From the NCBI GenBank assembly GCA_937884385.1, contig CALGCW010000221.1, positions 8,375-72,374 of the forward strand: DNA of 64,000 bases, given 5' to 3'. This DNA comes from an uncultured Clostridia bacterium. GTDB lineage: Bacteria > Bacillota > Clostridia > Oscillospirales > CAG-272. This document shows positions 1 to 9,384 of the stretch, piece after piece; position 1 is the stretch's first letter, and the number at the start of each line of letters is the position of its first letter. A program made the position numbers and the translations under genes. Below the pieces are notes generated by a model, which was given only the letters and a program-made list of their open reading frames with translations, did no database searches and was not told the origin of the DNA.

Positions 1-18
1 AATTTTAAAGGATTATTT

Positions 19-792
19 ATGCATAACTCTGATTTTGATTATTCTCAATTTGATATTTTTGAAGGTATGACTAGTATTAGTTCTATCATTCACTCCATTG
101 AAAACTTTCAATCAAAAAGAAAAATTGTTTCAGTATACTATAATGCTGACAAGAAAAAAAGCAAATATAATGAGCTTAAGTTTTTAGAAGCCGAATCAAA
201 GCTACTTGGTTTTTCTTTGGCCGGTATAAGTCATTCAGAAATTGACAAGCTTGCGCAAGGAAAAACTCACGGTGGGTTTGTTGCTTTGTGTACGAAGGTT
301 GAAATATCTTCATTATCAGCAGATAACATTATAGAAGATGGATTCTATATTGTTTTGGACGGTATTGAGGATCCCTTCAATTTTGCATACGCGATAAGAT
401 CCTTATATGCAGCCGGTGCTGACGGTATTATTGTTCCAACATTTAGATTTTCTAATTCTTACGGGCTTATTTGCAAGAGCTCTGCCGGTACTTCAGAGCT
501 TATTGATATTTTTGAATGTGAGATCTCATCTGCTGTAGATATATTCAAATCCAAGGGTTATAGAGTTGCCTCTGCCGGTATACGCGATTCGATTTCTCTA
601 TATGATGCTGACCTCAAAAAGCCCCTTTTACTTATCGTGGGTGGCGAAAAACGCGGTATATCAAGCGATGTATTATCAAAGTCAGATGTTATCGTGAGAA
701 TTGACTATGGAAAATCTTTTAAAGGCTCATTGACTGCATCTTCCGCGGCCACTGTGTTGGCATTTGAGGTTTATAGACAGAATAAAAGCTGA
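19..792 (+). CDS. TrmH/SpoU-family RNA 2'-O-methyltransferase
   Basis: 257-aa ORF. C-terminal SpoU-type motifs LLLIVGGEKRGIS and SLTASSAATVLAFEV. ATG preceded by AAAGGA. Confidence 0.8.
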   Translation: MHNSDFDYSQFDIFEGMTSISSIIHSIENFQSKRKIVSVYYNADKKKSKYNELKFLEAESKLLGFSLAGISHSEIDKLAQGKTHGGFVALCTKVEISSLSADNIIEDGFYIVLDGIEDPFNFAYAIRSLYAAGADGIIVPTFRFSNSYGLICKSSAGTSELIDIFECEISSAVDIFKSKGYRVASAGIRDSISLYDADLKKPLLLIVGGEKRGISSDVLSKSDVIVRIDYGKSFKGSLTASSAATVLAFEVYRQNKS

Positions 793-814
793 ACGATGAA
801 CGTTCAGCTTTTTC
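784..814. terminator. Bidirectional intrinsic terminator between convergent genes
   Basis: Stem AGCTGAACG (787-795) pairs with CGTTCAGCT (801-809) around a 5-nt loop. A-run upstream and T-run downstream. Confidence 0.75.
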
Positions 815-815
815 T

Positions 816-1877
816 TTATTCTGTTAAGAACTTGTATATTGTTATATAGTCGTATTTTTCATTCGGATTTAATATTACGTTTGTAAAGCCTTCGTGATTT
901 ATAGAGTCAGGCATATGCTGTGTTTCAAGGCAAAATGCCATCTGTATGCTCTGTGGTATGCCGTCTTTGAATGGATATTTCTCATTGGTCAAGAAGTTGC
1001 CAGAATAAAACTGTACGCAGGGTTGATTAGTATACATCTCCATAACTCTTCCACTGCTTTTGTGGACAACTTTAGCGCGAAGCTTAGGAAGTACTGTTTC
1101 TCCTCCGACAAAGTTAATGCAGTGATCATAACCACCTGCTATAATAAGGTCACGGTCGTGCATATGAATATCTCTACCTATAGCTTTGGGGATTCTGAAA
1201 TCAAATGGAGTTCCCTGAACGCCTCTTATTTCACCTGTAGGTATCAGGCTTTCATCAGTCGGCAAATAAGTATCCGCATCAAGCCAAAGCTCATGATCGT
1301 ATATCTTTCCGGAGCTATAGCCACCAAGATTAAAGTACGTGTGATTTGTAAGATTGATAAGGGTTCTTTTGTCGGTGTTCGCTTCATACCTTATCGAGAG
1401 CGATCCGTCATTTTTGAGTGTGTACGTGACCGTTACAGCGAGGTTTCCGGGATATCCCTCATCACCATCCTTAGAAAGCAAGAAAAGCTTAACGGATGGC
1501 TCTGCAGTGTCAGAAACCGACAATACCTGCCATATCTTTTTGTCAAAACCTTCTTTTCCACCGTGCAGATGATTAGGGCCGTTGTTAATATACATATTGT
1601 AATCGACACCGTCGAGGGTAAATTTGCCTTTGCAAATTCTATTACCTACACGTCCTATAATAGCACCTTGATATCCGTCTGCTTCAATGTAAGACTTAAG
1701 ATTGCCGTAGCCGCAAATTACATCTGCAAATTCCCCGTTTTTGTCGGGTACATTAATGCTTAGTATAGTTGCCCCAAAATTTGAAATTGCAACGCTCATA
1801 CCATTTGAATTTGTGAGAACATACTTGAAAATCTCGTGCTCACGGTATGTACCAAAAGGCTCTATTCTAATGCTCAT
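816..1877 (-). CDS. galM: Aldose 1-epimerase (galactose mutarotase)
   Basis: 353 aa. Typical mutarotase stretches GRVGNRI, NHLHGG, and HxYFNL (TNHTYFNLGG). Confidence 0.9.
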   Translation of the reverse strand: MSIRIEPFGTYREHEIFKYVLTNSNGMSVAISNFGATILSINVPDKNGEFADVICGYGNLKSYIEADGYQGAIIGRVGNRICKGKFTLDGVDYNMYINNGPNHLHGGKEGFDKKIWQVLSVSDTAEPSVKLFLLSKDGDEGYPGNLAVTVTYTLKNDGSLSIRYEANTDKRTLINLTNHTYFNLGGYSSGKIYDHELWLDADTYLPTDESLIPTGEIRGVQGTPFDFRIPKAIGRDIHMHDRDLIIAGGYDHCINFVGGETVLPKLRAKVVHKSSGRVMEMYTNQPCVQFYSGNFLTNEKYPFKDGIPQSIQMAFCLETQHMPDSINHEGFTNVILNPNEKYDYITIYKFLTE

Positions 1878-1897
1878 AAATATTCTCCTTGATAATT

Positions 1898-2521
1898 TTA
1901 TAGTATCTTTGTCATTTCACGCAATGAATAAATCTGATGATCTGCATATCCTTCGCCAAGCTTTGGGTCTTGCAGTTTTGAAAGGCCATTCTTTATCCAT
2001 ACGGTTTTCATTCCAATTGTCTTGGCCGGGATAATGTCATTGTCAAGCCGATCCCCGACCATAATGCTATTATCAGCAGTGCATCCCGCTGCCTCAAGCG
2101 CTATTTCGAATATCTTTATATCCGGCTTGGCGTAACCAACTTCAGCAGATGATACAATCACATCAAAGTATTGGCGCACACCCCACGATTCCAAGCGATT
2201 TGCGGTCCCAGGATTTTGGTTTGCTATAATGCCAAGCTTATATCCTTTTGCACTGAGGAACTCCAAAGTGGGTTCTACGTCAGAATATAAAACTTCATCT
2301 TCGGAATGCCACGGGGTCTTGGTTAATCCAAAGTGCTTTATCGCTTCCGAATTTCCATCAAATCCTTGGCGAGCAAGCGAAATACGAACTGTATCATACT
2401 CTTCAAGGGTGATATCAGTATCTGCAATCATATCTCGAATTCTATGCTCGTAAGCCTGCGTTTCATCTGCAAGGGTTGATCCAACATCAAAGAATATCCA
2501 TTTAGCCATTTTTCTCATCAT
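1898..2521 (-). CDS. HAD-superfamily hydrolase
   Basis: 207 aa. HAD motif I FFDVGSTL and late motif MVGDRLDNDI. Start ATG overlaps the upstream stop (ATGA coupling). Confidence 0.8.
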   Translation of the reverse strand: MMRKMAKWIFFDVGSTLADETQAYEHRIRDMIADTDITLEEYDTVRISLARQGFDGNSEAIKHFGLTKTPWHSEDEVLYSDVEPTLEFLSAKGYKLGIIANQNPGTANRLESWGVRQYFDVIVSSAEVGYAKPDIKIFEIALEAAGCTADNSIMVGDRLDNDIIPAKTIGMKTVWIKNGLSKLQDPKLGEGYADHQIYSLREMTKIL

Positions 2522-3045
2522 AATAGTATCCAGAATCTTTTTAAATCTCTATTAGTATTTGGTTCGTGTGCTGTGGATTCATAAAAGCCACCGTTTGCAA
2601 GAATGGTTTTTTCACTTGCAATATTGCCATCAACGCAAGATATCATTACCTTATCCATTCCAAGCTTGCGACAAAAAGGTAATGCTGTTTTAAGCATATT
2701 TTTTGCATATCCTTTGCGCCTCTCGCTGGGTCTTACAGAATAACCTATATGTCCTGCATAATTCTCAAGATACTCGTTCAGACTATGCCTTACCTGTAGC
2801 ATTCCAATCAATCTATTGTCGCTTTTTCGAATAAAAAGAAATTGCGTGGCAGGTACTAAATGCGGTGGTACTGTATCGGGGTCTTCATATTCCTCGCAAA
2901 CTCTAATATATTCCTCAGGGTTTTCAAATCTACGAAGAGGTCCGCACCCGTCCATAGAATCACCTGCTTCGAGAAACTCCTGACGATACTCCATTATCTG
3001 TGTAGAGTATTTATTCGTCGGACGTATTATAATTAATTCTTCCAT
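2518..3045 (-). CDS. GNAT-family N-acetyltransferase
   Basis: 175 aa. Acetyl-CoA-binding-like segment RRKGYAKNMLKTAL typical of GNAT motif A. Confidence 0.75.
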   Translation of the reverse strand: MEELIIIRPTNKYSTQIMEYRQEFLEAGDSMDGCGPLRRFENPEEYIRVCEEYEDPDTVPPHLVPATQFLFIRKSDNRLIGMLQVRHSLNEYLENYAGHIGYSVRPSERRKGYAKNMLKTALPFCRKLGMDKVMISCVDGNIASEKTILANGGFYESTAHEPNTNRDLKRFWILL

Positions 3046-3060
3046 AAATCAAGACCTCAA

Positions 3061-3510
3061 TTACTTTAGATCATAAACCCATTTATTATCTTTTTGATAG
3101 TAGAAAAACTCGCTTAGGTCATCCTCCAAAAAAACGCGAAGCATATCGTTCATATCATTGGAGAGTTTAAGATTTGGTAAGTTTTCTATTGCTTCCCACC
3201 ACACCTTGCCTTCGTCTGATGATTCCAAGTTCCCCGAAAATTTGTTCGTTTTGTAGAATAGTACGATATATCTACAATCATTCTCGCACCAATCCTTAAT
3301 GCCGCATAGTTGAGGCGAAATAATTGTAAGCCCCGTTTCCTCATTTACTTCACGGATCACCGAATCTGTGAAAGATTCTCCGAGCTCAACGTGGCCGCCG
3401 GGAAACGTAATTCCCGGCCAATCTTTCTTTTGCCTGTCTATGACTACGACTTTGTTTTTGTCGTAGATCATACACATATTTGTGAATTCAACTTTTTCAA
3501 TTCTACTCAT
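3061..3510 (-). CDS. NUDIX hydrolase
   Basis: Nudix box GGHVELGESFTDSVIREVNEETGL. I start at the ATG at 3510 (GGAG 6 nt upstream) rather than the GTG at 3522 in the ORF track. Confidence 0.85.
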   Translation of the reverse strand: MSRIEKVEFTNMCMIYDKNKVVVIDRQKKDWPGITFPGGHVELGESFTDSVIREVNEETGLTIISPQLCGIKDWCENDCRYIVLFYKTNKFSGNLESSDEGKVWWEAIENLPNLKLSNDMNDMLRVFLEDDLSEFFYYQKDNKWVYDLK

Positions 3511-3527
3511 TGTAAACTCCACAAATC

Positions 3528-3553
3528 AAAACGGCAATTAATATTGCCGTTTT
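3528..3553 (-). terminator. Intrinsic terminator downstream of galE
   Basis: 11-bp stem AAAACGGCAAT/ATTGCCGTTTT with a 4-nt loop. U-rich tail on the minus strand. Confidence 0.6.
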
Positions 3554-3562
3554 GGTAATTAA

Positions 3563-4552
3563 TCAATCATTATATCCGTTTGGATGATTCTTATGCCAAT
3601 TCCAAGCGCTTGAGATTATCTCCTCAAGAGAATCGTGAACAGGCTTCCAACCAAGCACTCTCTTTGCCTTTTCGCTCGACGCAACGAGGCGCGCAGGGTC
3701 ACCCGCGCGTCGGGGTGTTTCAATTGCAGGAATAGGATGTCCAGTCACTTTTCTTGCCGTATCGATTACTTCTCTTACGGAATAGCCAACTCCGTTGCCA
3801 AGATTGAATATATCACTTGATCCGCCGTTAAGAAGGTATTCAACTGCAAGAATATGAGCTGAAGCAAGGTCGGTGACGTGAATGTAGTCTCTAATACAGG
3901 TTCCGTCGGGAGTATCGTAATCCGTGCCGTAAATTGATATTGCTTCCCTTTTGCCGTTAGGCACTTGAAGGATTAAGGGGATGAGGTGGCTCTCGGGATT
4001 GTGAGCTTCGCCGATGTTTCCACATTCATCTGCACCGCAGGCGTTAAAGTATCTAAGAGAAACAAAGTTCATTCCGTGTGCTTCGCTTGTCCACTTAAAC
4101 ATTTTTTCCATAGCAAGCTTTGTTTCACCGTAAGGATTTGTGGGACAAGTTCTGTCGCTTTCAAGAATCGGGATGTTCTCGGGCTCGCCGTACGTTGCTG
4201 CAGTTGATGAAAATACAATTTTCTTAACGCCGTTTGCTACCATAGCATCAAGAAGAACTTTCGTTCCATAGATGTTGTTTTCATAATACTTCAGAGGGTT
4301 TACAACGCTTTCTCCAACAAGCGAAAAAGCAGCAAAATGCACGATGGCATCTATTTTTTCTGATTTGAAAAGATTGTCAAGGAACGTAAAATCGCGTATG
4401 TCACCCTCATAAAAACGAGCTTTTTCTGGAATAGCCTTTTTATACCCTGTGACAAGGCTGTCTGCGATAACTACGTCGTGTCCTGCTTTGATAAGCTCAA
4501 GAGCTGTGTGTGATCCTATGTAGCCGGCTCCGCCGGTAACTAAAATAGCCAT
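3563..4552 (-). CDS. galE: UDP-glucose 4-epimerase
   Basis: N-terminal Rossmann VTGGAGYIGSH and catalytic YGETK. Start set at the internal ATG at 4552 (MAILVTGG), preceded by GGAGAG. The longer track ORF would overlap the upstream gene. Confidence 0.93.
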   Translation of the reverse strand: MAILVTGGAGYIGSHTALELIKAGHDVVIADSLVTGYKKAIPEKARFYEGDIRDFTFLDNLFKSEKIDAIVHFAAFSLVGESVVNPLKYYENNIYGTKVLLDAMVANGVKKIVFSSTAATYGEPENIPILESDRTCPTNPYGETKLAMEKMFKWTSEAHGMNFVSLRYFNACGADECGNIGEAHNPESHLIPLILQVPNGKREAISIYGTDYDTPDGTCIRDYIHVTDLASAHILAVEYLLNGGSSDIFNLGNGVGYSVREVIDTARKVTGHPIPAIETPRRAGDPARLVASSEKAKRVLGWKPVHDSLEEIISSAWNWHKNHPNGYND

Positions 4553-4565
4553 AATTATTCTCTCC

Positions 4566-5471
4566 TTATTTCCAAAGATGTTTGGGGTAAACACCCTCAT
4601 TTATTAGTTTTTGTATTCCTGCTATAACCGCAGGCTTATCCTGTGCGTACGTCACACCAAGCCAGCACGCATCAGTATTATATACCACAACGTCGCATGC
4701 GTGTTGCTTGATCATAGTGTCAACAACGTCCGTCAGGTATGATTCATCCTTTAAGGGATTGTTTATATTTCTAAGAAACCTGTTGAATTCAGTTTCAAGA
4801 TACGGGAAAATGTCGGGAGTAAAGCCCCAACAGTTCATTGAAACAACGGTATCAAGATCGATCTGTGATTTGATATCACCGTTTGGATATTCCGCTTTAC
4901 CATTCTCTATTGGCACGATTTCTTTTGTTTCGGTTATACTAATAAGCTTGCCCGAATCATTGATATTGCAAACACCGCGGTTGACAGCGCCGTACTCTGT
5001 GACTGTATTCTTAAGCTTATATCCTGCCATACAGAACTGCGGTATAGTCTCGTTTCCCTTAATTTGTTTATGGTGGTCCGCAATTATAGCGAATGCCTCT
5101 CTTCCATAGAAATCGTCTGAATTGATAAGGGCAAAAGGTTCATTTACTATATTAGCTACACTCATTAGTGCTTGAGTAGTGCCCCAGGGCTTAGTGCGCT
5201 CATCGGGAAGAATAAACCATTCGGGAACATCAGTAATTCTTTGAAAGGCGTATTCAACCTCAATATGACGGTTAATTCTGTTTCCTATGGTTTCGCTGAA
5301 ATCCTTAAGATTCTCTTCCTTAATAATAAAAACCACTTTTGTAAAACCGGCTTTTATGGCATCATAGACGGAAAAATCAATGATGAAATCCCCATCGTCA
5401 TTCATAGGATCAATCTGCTTCATTCCGCCATAGCGTGAACCCATACCGGCTGCAAGAATTACAAGAGTCAT
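4566..5471 (-). CDS. Sugar-phosphate nucleotidyltransferase (NTP-transferase fold)
   Basis: N-terminal LAAGMGSRYGG signature of sugar-1-phosphate nucleotidylyltransferases. Lies directly upstream of galE. Confidence 0.72.
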   Translation of the reverse strand: MTLVILAAGMGSRYGGMKQIDPMNDDGDFIIDFSVYDAIKAGFTKVVFIIKEENLKDFSETIGNRINRHIEVEYAFQRITDVPEWFILPDERTKPWGTTQALMSVANIVNEPFALINSDDFYGREAFAIIADHHKQIKGNETIPQFCMAGYKLKNTVTEYGAVNRGVCNINDSGKLISITETKEIVPIENGKAEYPNGDIKSQIDLDTVVSMNCWGFTPDIFPYLETEFNRFLRNINNPLKDESYLTDVVDTMIKQHACDVVVYNTDACWLGVTYAQDKPAVIAGIQKLINEGVYPKHLWK

Positions 5472-5527
5472 AACGTATCTCCTTTCTGGTTAATAGTGGT
5501 TTGATGGTTTGATAGATCAACAATAAG

Positions 5528-6301
5528 CTAAAACATCACTCTTTGGATTGATTTTACCGTTGAAGAGTGAGGATCAATATCAAATATTACACCGTGTCCT
5601 TTAACATCTCCTTCAGCTACGGTAAAATACTGGGGAGTCTGCAAGGTGAATTTATTTATTATTGTATCAATTTTGGTGCCCAATATACTATTTATAGGAC
5701 CGGTCATTCCAATGTCGGTAATATACGCACTTCCTTTTGGAAGTATTTGCTCGTCCGCCGTCTGAACATGAGTATGAGTGCCAAAAATAACGGTAATCCT
5801 GCCATCAAAATAATGCGCGATAGCAAGTTTTTCACTTGTGGCTTCGGCGTGAACGTCTAAAATTGAAAAATCGTAGTTCCCTGTTTCCCTCTCAAGTATT
5901 CTATCAATCACTTCAAAAGGTGAATTAAGTGGGGTCATATACATTGTTCCAAGCGCATTAATTATAAGCGCTTTATATCCGTCAATTGTAACAATGTTAT
6001 AACCGCTTCCGGGTGCTTGGGCGGGAAAATTACAGGGTCTGATTATGCGATGGTCATTATTATCGAGAAAAGCGTAAATATCCTTTTTTCCGAACGCGTG
6101 ATTGCCAAGAGTTATAAAATCAATACCAATGTTGTAGAGTGCTTCAGCATCGGATTTTGATATGCCCTTTATTTCGGTTGCATTTTCTCCGTTAGCGATG
6201 ACAAAATCAATTTTGTTTTCACGAACAAACGCAGATAAGTTATTTGACAGATAGTCGATAGATATGCTACCGACAATATCACCAATAGCTAAAATTTTCA
6301 T
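5528..6301 (-). CDS. YmdB-like metallophosphoesterase (TIGR00282 family)
   Basis: 257 aa. MKILAIGDIVG, GNH and GTHTHV metal-binding motifs of the calcineurin-like YmdB family. Confidence 0.85.
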   Translation of the reverse strand: MKILAIGDIVGSISIDYLSNNLSAFVRENKIDFVIANGENATEIKGISKSDAEALYNIGIDFITLGNHAFGKKDIYAFLDNNDHRIIRPCNFPAQAPGSGYNIVTIDGYKALIINALGTMYMTPLNSPFEVIDRILERETGNYDFSILDVHAEATSEKLAIAHYFDGRITVIFGTHTHVQTADEQILPKGSAYITDIGMTGPINSILGTKIDTIINKFTLQTPQYFTVAEGDVKGHGVIFDIDPHSSTVKSIQRVMF

Positions 6302-6403
6302 AAAGATCTTTCTATTATTAGTATTTGCAGTAATGCTACACTTTTATTATATATTAATAAATAAAAAATGTCAATCAATAACTAAAAATTCTTACATTTT
6401 CTC

Positions 6404-6431
6404 TTGATTTTTTTAAATAATATGATATAAT
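6404..6431 (+). promoter_or_regulatory. Sigma-A type promoter for tRNA-Ser
   Basis: TTGATT (6404-6409), 16-nt spacer, extended -10 TGaTATAAT (6423-6431). Lies about 18 nt upstream of the tRNA 5' end. Confidence 0.7.
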
Positions 6432-6448
6432 AGTATCGTTGAAAATAA

Positions 6449-6539
6449 GGAGAAGTACTCAAGTGGCCGAAGAGGCGTGACTCGAAATCTCGTAGGACGT
6501 TAACGCGTCGCGTGGGTTCAAATCCCACCTTCTCCGCCA
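6449..6539 (+). tRNA. tRNA-Ser (anticodon CGA), type II with long variable arm, CCA encoded
   Basis: Acceptor GGAGAAG/CTTCTCC, T-arm GTGGG-TTCAAAT-CCCAC, anticodon loop CTCGAAA, long variable arm, 91 nt. One U-U mismatch in the anticodon stem (29-41). Confidence 0.88.
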
Positions 6540-6543
6540 AAGA

Positions 6544-6572
6544 AGCCGCATCAGCTTGATGCGGCTTTTTTG
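6544..6572. terminator. Intrinsic terminator after tRNA-Ser, also facing the convergent permease gene
   Basis: Stem AGCCGCATCA/GATGCGGCT with loop GCTT, followed by TTTTTT. Confidence 0.8.
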
Positions 6573-6589
6573 TGTTGTTCTGTTATTAT

Positions 6590-7384
6590 TTATGTTCCGG
6601 TGCTTTCGTACTTTTTTACAAGCTTGTTCCAAGCTGCAACGCATATTGTAGCAAATACGCTTGTAAATACAAGCATTGCTATGCAAAGCAACGCGGGATT
6701 GTGCTGGTTGGCGAACAGATTCTCAAACGGAAAGAATAAACAAAGTCCAAGCGGAATAATAAACGTTAATATAGCTTGTATTATTCTCGGATAGATCTTC
6801 ATCGGATATTTCGTATATCCCGAAAAGTTATAGATGAACTGAAGAAGAGGGCCGCTACGCTTGAATTTAAACGCCAAAGCAGCGACGAGAATCTTGAACG
6901 AGGAAATTATGGCAGCGGCACACAAAATGCCTAAAATGACCGTTAAAACGGCACCTATGCCGCCGATAATGTTCAGCTGACTTCCGCATAGACAAATCAG
7001 TGCGGTAGCAACTATCAATTCTCCAAACGCTTCGAGCTGGACCTCGGAAGCTATGACTTGAAACAGTACGGGAATTGGGCGCAAAAACATATGATCGAGC
7101 TTCCCCATTTTTACTTCCCAGTAAGCTACTGTCCAAAGTCTATCCGTAAGCAAATGGTCAATACCTACCGCCATATTAGTAATACCAAAAAGTAAGCCGA
7201 TGTGATATATACTATAACCGTCGATGCTTGGGACGCTGTTTACAAGAATGTACAAGGTGAACAGCGACGTTGCTTCTGTAAATAGGAATGCAATGATACC
7301 GATTATCACATTAGCCTTGTATACAAGCTTGCTCATAAGAGAGAGCTTTGCATAAGTGAAATAAAGGTTAATATATCTCTTCAT
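6590..7384 (-). CDS. ABC-2 family transporter permease (uncharacterised, COG3694/COG4587-like)
   Basis: 264-aa polytopic hydrophobic protein, last gene of an ATPase-permease-permease array. Confidence 0.7.
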   Translation of the reverse strand: MKRYINLYFTYAKLSLMSKLVYKANVIIGIIAFLFTEATSLFTLYILVNSVPSIDGYSIYHIGLLFGITNMAVGIDHLLTDRLWTVAYWEVKMGKLDHMFLRPIPVLFQVIASEVQLEAFGELIVATALICLCGSQLNIIGGIGAVLTVILGILCAAAIISSFKILVAALAFKFKRSGPLLQFIYNFSGYTKYPMKIYPRIIQAILTFIIPLGLCLFFPFENLFANQHNPALLCIAMLVFTSVFATICVAAWNKLVKKYESTGT

Positions 7385-7387
7385 ATT

Positions 7388-8233
7388 TTAACCTCCTTGA
7401 ACGGTGATCTTTCTCAGCGCGTGTCTGAAAATTCTATGGTTTACAAATTCAATTAGAGCAATCCATAACAAAGCTATTCCAATATAAATCAAGATCTCAT
7501 CGATGGAAAGCTTGCCCATTATTGTAAGCACGGGGACGGAATTCATAAAGGCGAACGGTGTGTATGAGAATATGACACCGAGAGTTCCCATGTACGCCAA
7601 AGGGACCATTTGACCGCCAAGAAATCCTTGCAACGCATTTCTTGCCATATTCAGTCCGAACAAGTGTGTGGTGTAGAAAACAAGCATTCCCACGAAATAA
7701 CTGACCGCGTTGTTAATAAATCCTGCTAAGATACTAAAGATTATGAAAAACAAAACGTTCAAAATAAATCTCATTGCGGATATTTGCAGAAATCCGAGAG
7801 AAATGAAAATTGCATAAACTATTGTTAAAAATGGGATTATTATTACAACGTAGTCAAAAACAAGTACTCCGAAATAAGTAAATAAATGACGCAATCTGTA
7901 AGATACGGGCTTGGTAAGAGTGTTCGCAATCGTACCCTCTTTGATATCTGTCCAAATATCATAACTCGTATCTCCGGAACCCATTACAAACGAGAAAAAG
8001 AATGAAGTTATCATATAAAGCACCATATCGTAGAAGGTAAAGCCGTTGATCACAGCATTCATACCCTCGGGGGAGTTCCTGTATATAGCTTGATATAGGA
8101 ACAGTACAAAAAATATCTGTATGAATGATATGATTATCCACATTACTATTTGTGCCTTGTATGAAAGCTCAATCTTGATACCCGCCTTAGAGAATGGGAG
8201 ATATAATTTGAGTTTCTTTTTAATGGCTTTCAT
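7388..8233 (-). CDS. ABC-2 family transporter permease (uncharacterised)
   Basis: Polytopic membrane protein. The track ORF begins at a TTG (8272). I prefer the ATG at 8233 (MKAIKKKL), which overlaps the ATPase stop by 14 nt. Confidence 0.68.
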   Translation of the reverse strand: MKAIKKKLKLYLPFSKAGIKIELSYKAQIVMWIIISFIQIFFVLFLYQAIYRNSPEGMNAVINGFTFYDMVLYMITSFFFSFVMGSGDTSYDIWTDIKEGTIANTLTKPVSYRLRHLFTYFGVLVFDYVVIIIPFLTIVYAIFISLGFLQISAMRFILNVLFFIIFSILAGFINNAVSYFVGMLVFYTTHLFGLNMARNALQGFLGGQMVPLAYMGTLGVIFSYTPFAFMNSVPVLTIMGKLSIDEILIYIGIALLWIALIEFVNHRIFRHALRKITVQGG

Positions 8234-9206
8234 ATAGTTGCTTAGTAATATCCTCAATGGAGATATCTTCAATTTTGAAGTCTTTGATGTGGTATGTGTT
8301 AATGAGATGGATCAATACGTCGTCAAGCTCAGTATTATTTAGAGAAAACTTTATGGCGGTAGTATCATCTTGCTGTTCAAGGGTAATACCCTTGAACTTT
8401 TCTGTCAATTCCCTCTCGTCGATTGAAACGTTTGACGGAATAATGATGGTCTTAGTGTTGCCAAATCTATACTTAATGTTGGCGAGGCTTCCATCATAGA
8501 GGATTTTTCCCTTGTCAATAATAATAATTCTATTACAAAGCTCCTCAATATCCTTCATATCATGAGTTGTGAGAATAACTGTGATATTGTATTTCTTGTT
8601 GAGCTCCTTTATCGCACTTCTGATTTTGTCTTTAACGAGAACGTCAAGTCCGATCGTTGGTTCATCGAGATATACTATCTTTGGGGAATGTATAAGAGCA
8701 GCGGCAAAATCAGCTCTCATTCTTTGACCGAGAGAGAGGGATCTGACAGTTTGCGTCAAAAACGGCTTCATATCGAGAAGCTCACAAAGATATTCAAAGC
8801 GTTCATTATATTCTTCGTCCGGAACCTCATAAATGCTTTTTAATATCTTAAAGGTTTCAATGAGAGGGATATCCCACCAAAGCTGTGTTTTTTGACCGAA
8901 AACAACGCCCATATTTTTATTGATCTTTTGGCGATCATTTTCAAAAGACATACCGTTTACCGTAACAGAGCCTCCCGTTGGATAAAGAATTCCGCACATC
9001 ATTTTGATAGTTGTGCTTTTTCCTGCACCGTTAGCCCCAATATATCCTACGATCTCTCCTTCTTCAATATCAAAGGAAATTTGATCCACGGCTCTTACTT
9101 CCTCATATTGCCGAGAAAACAAGCCTTTTATCATTCCCTTCAAGCCTTCTTCTCGAATAGGCTTTTTAAACGTCTTTGAGAGGTTCTTTACACTGATGAT
9201 CTTCAT
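8220..9206 (-). CDS. ABC transporter ATP-binding protein (COG4586-like)
   Basis: Walker A GANGAGKST, signature LSLGQRMR, Walker B IVYLDEPT. Start at the ATG at 9206, preceded by AAGGAGG. The longer track start lies upstream of the predicted promoter's TSS. Confidence 0.9.
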   Translation of the reverse strand: MKIISVKNLSKTFKKPIREEGLKGMIKGLFSRQYEEVRAVDQISFDIEEGEIVGYIGANGAGKSTTIKMMCGILYPTGGSVTVNGMSFENDRQKINKNMGVVFGQKTQLWWDIPLIETFKILKSIYEVPDEEYNERFEYLCELLDMKPFLTQTVRSLSLGQRMRADFAAALIHSPKIVYLDEPTIGLDVLVKDKIRSAIKELNKKYNITVILTTHDMKDIEELCNRIIIIDKGKILYDGSLANIKYRFGNTKTIIIPSNVSIDERELTEKFKGITLEQQDDTTAIKFSLNNTELDDVLIHLINTYHIKDFKIEDISIEDITKQLYESH

Positions 9207-9245
9207 ATTAGTGTCCTCCTTTGCTAAAATGTGTTTTTTCATTTA

Positions 9246-9274
9246 ATAATAACACCTAAGTCCCGAAAAATCAA
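9246..9274 (-). promoter_or_regulatory. Candidate promoter of the ABC operon
   Basis: Minus strand TTGATT (9274-9269), 17 nt, TATTAT (9251-9246). Leaves a leader of about 33 nt containing AAGGAGG. Confidence 0.55.
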
Positions 9275-9326
9275 GACTGTTTACGATTTTTGCAACTAAA
9301 AAATCATTGGCATTTAAATAAATGAT

Positions 9327-9361
9327 GAAAATAAAAAGTGCACCAACCGAAGTTGATGCAC
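9327..9361 (-). terminator. Strong strand-specific intrinsic terminator
   Basis: Minus-strand RNA GUGCAUCAAC-UUCG-GUUGGUGCAC forms a 10-bp stem (one G-U pair) with a UUCG tetraloop, followed by UUUUUAUUUU. On the plus strand the wobble becomes a C-A mismatch. Confidence 0.85.
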
Positions 9362-9384
9362 CGAAAATGCAAACTCCGATTGCT

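Noticed and set aside
894-1763. 289-aa plus-strand ORF. Similar long antisense ORFs occur at 21817-22536, 24671-25216, 29760-30296, 56255-56947, 57960-58454 and 63272-63907.
   Set aside because: Each lies entirely antisense within a gene of clear conserved function (galM, mtaD, relA, the FAD protein, uvrB, sanA, glyQS). All have low-complexity or odd composition and no RBS, so they are shadow ORFs.
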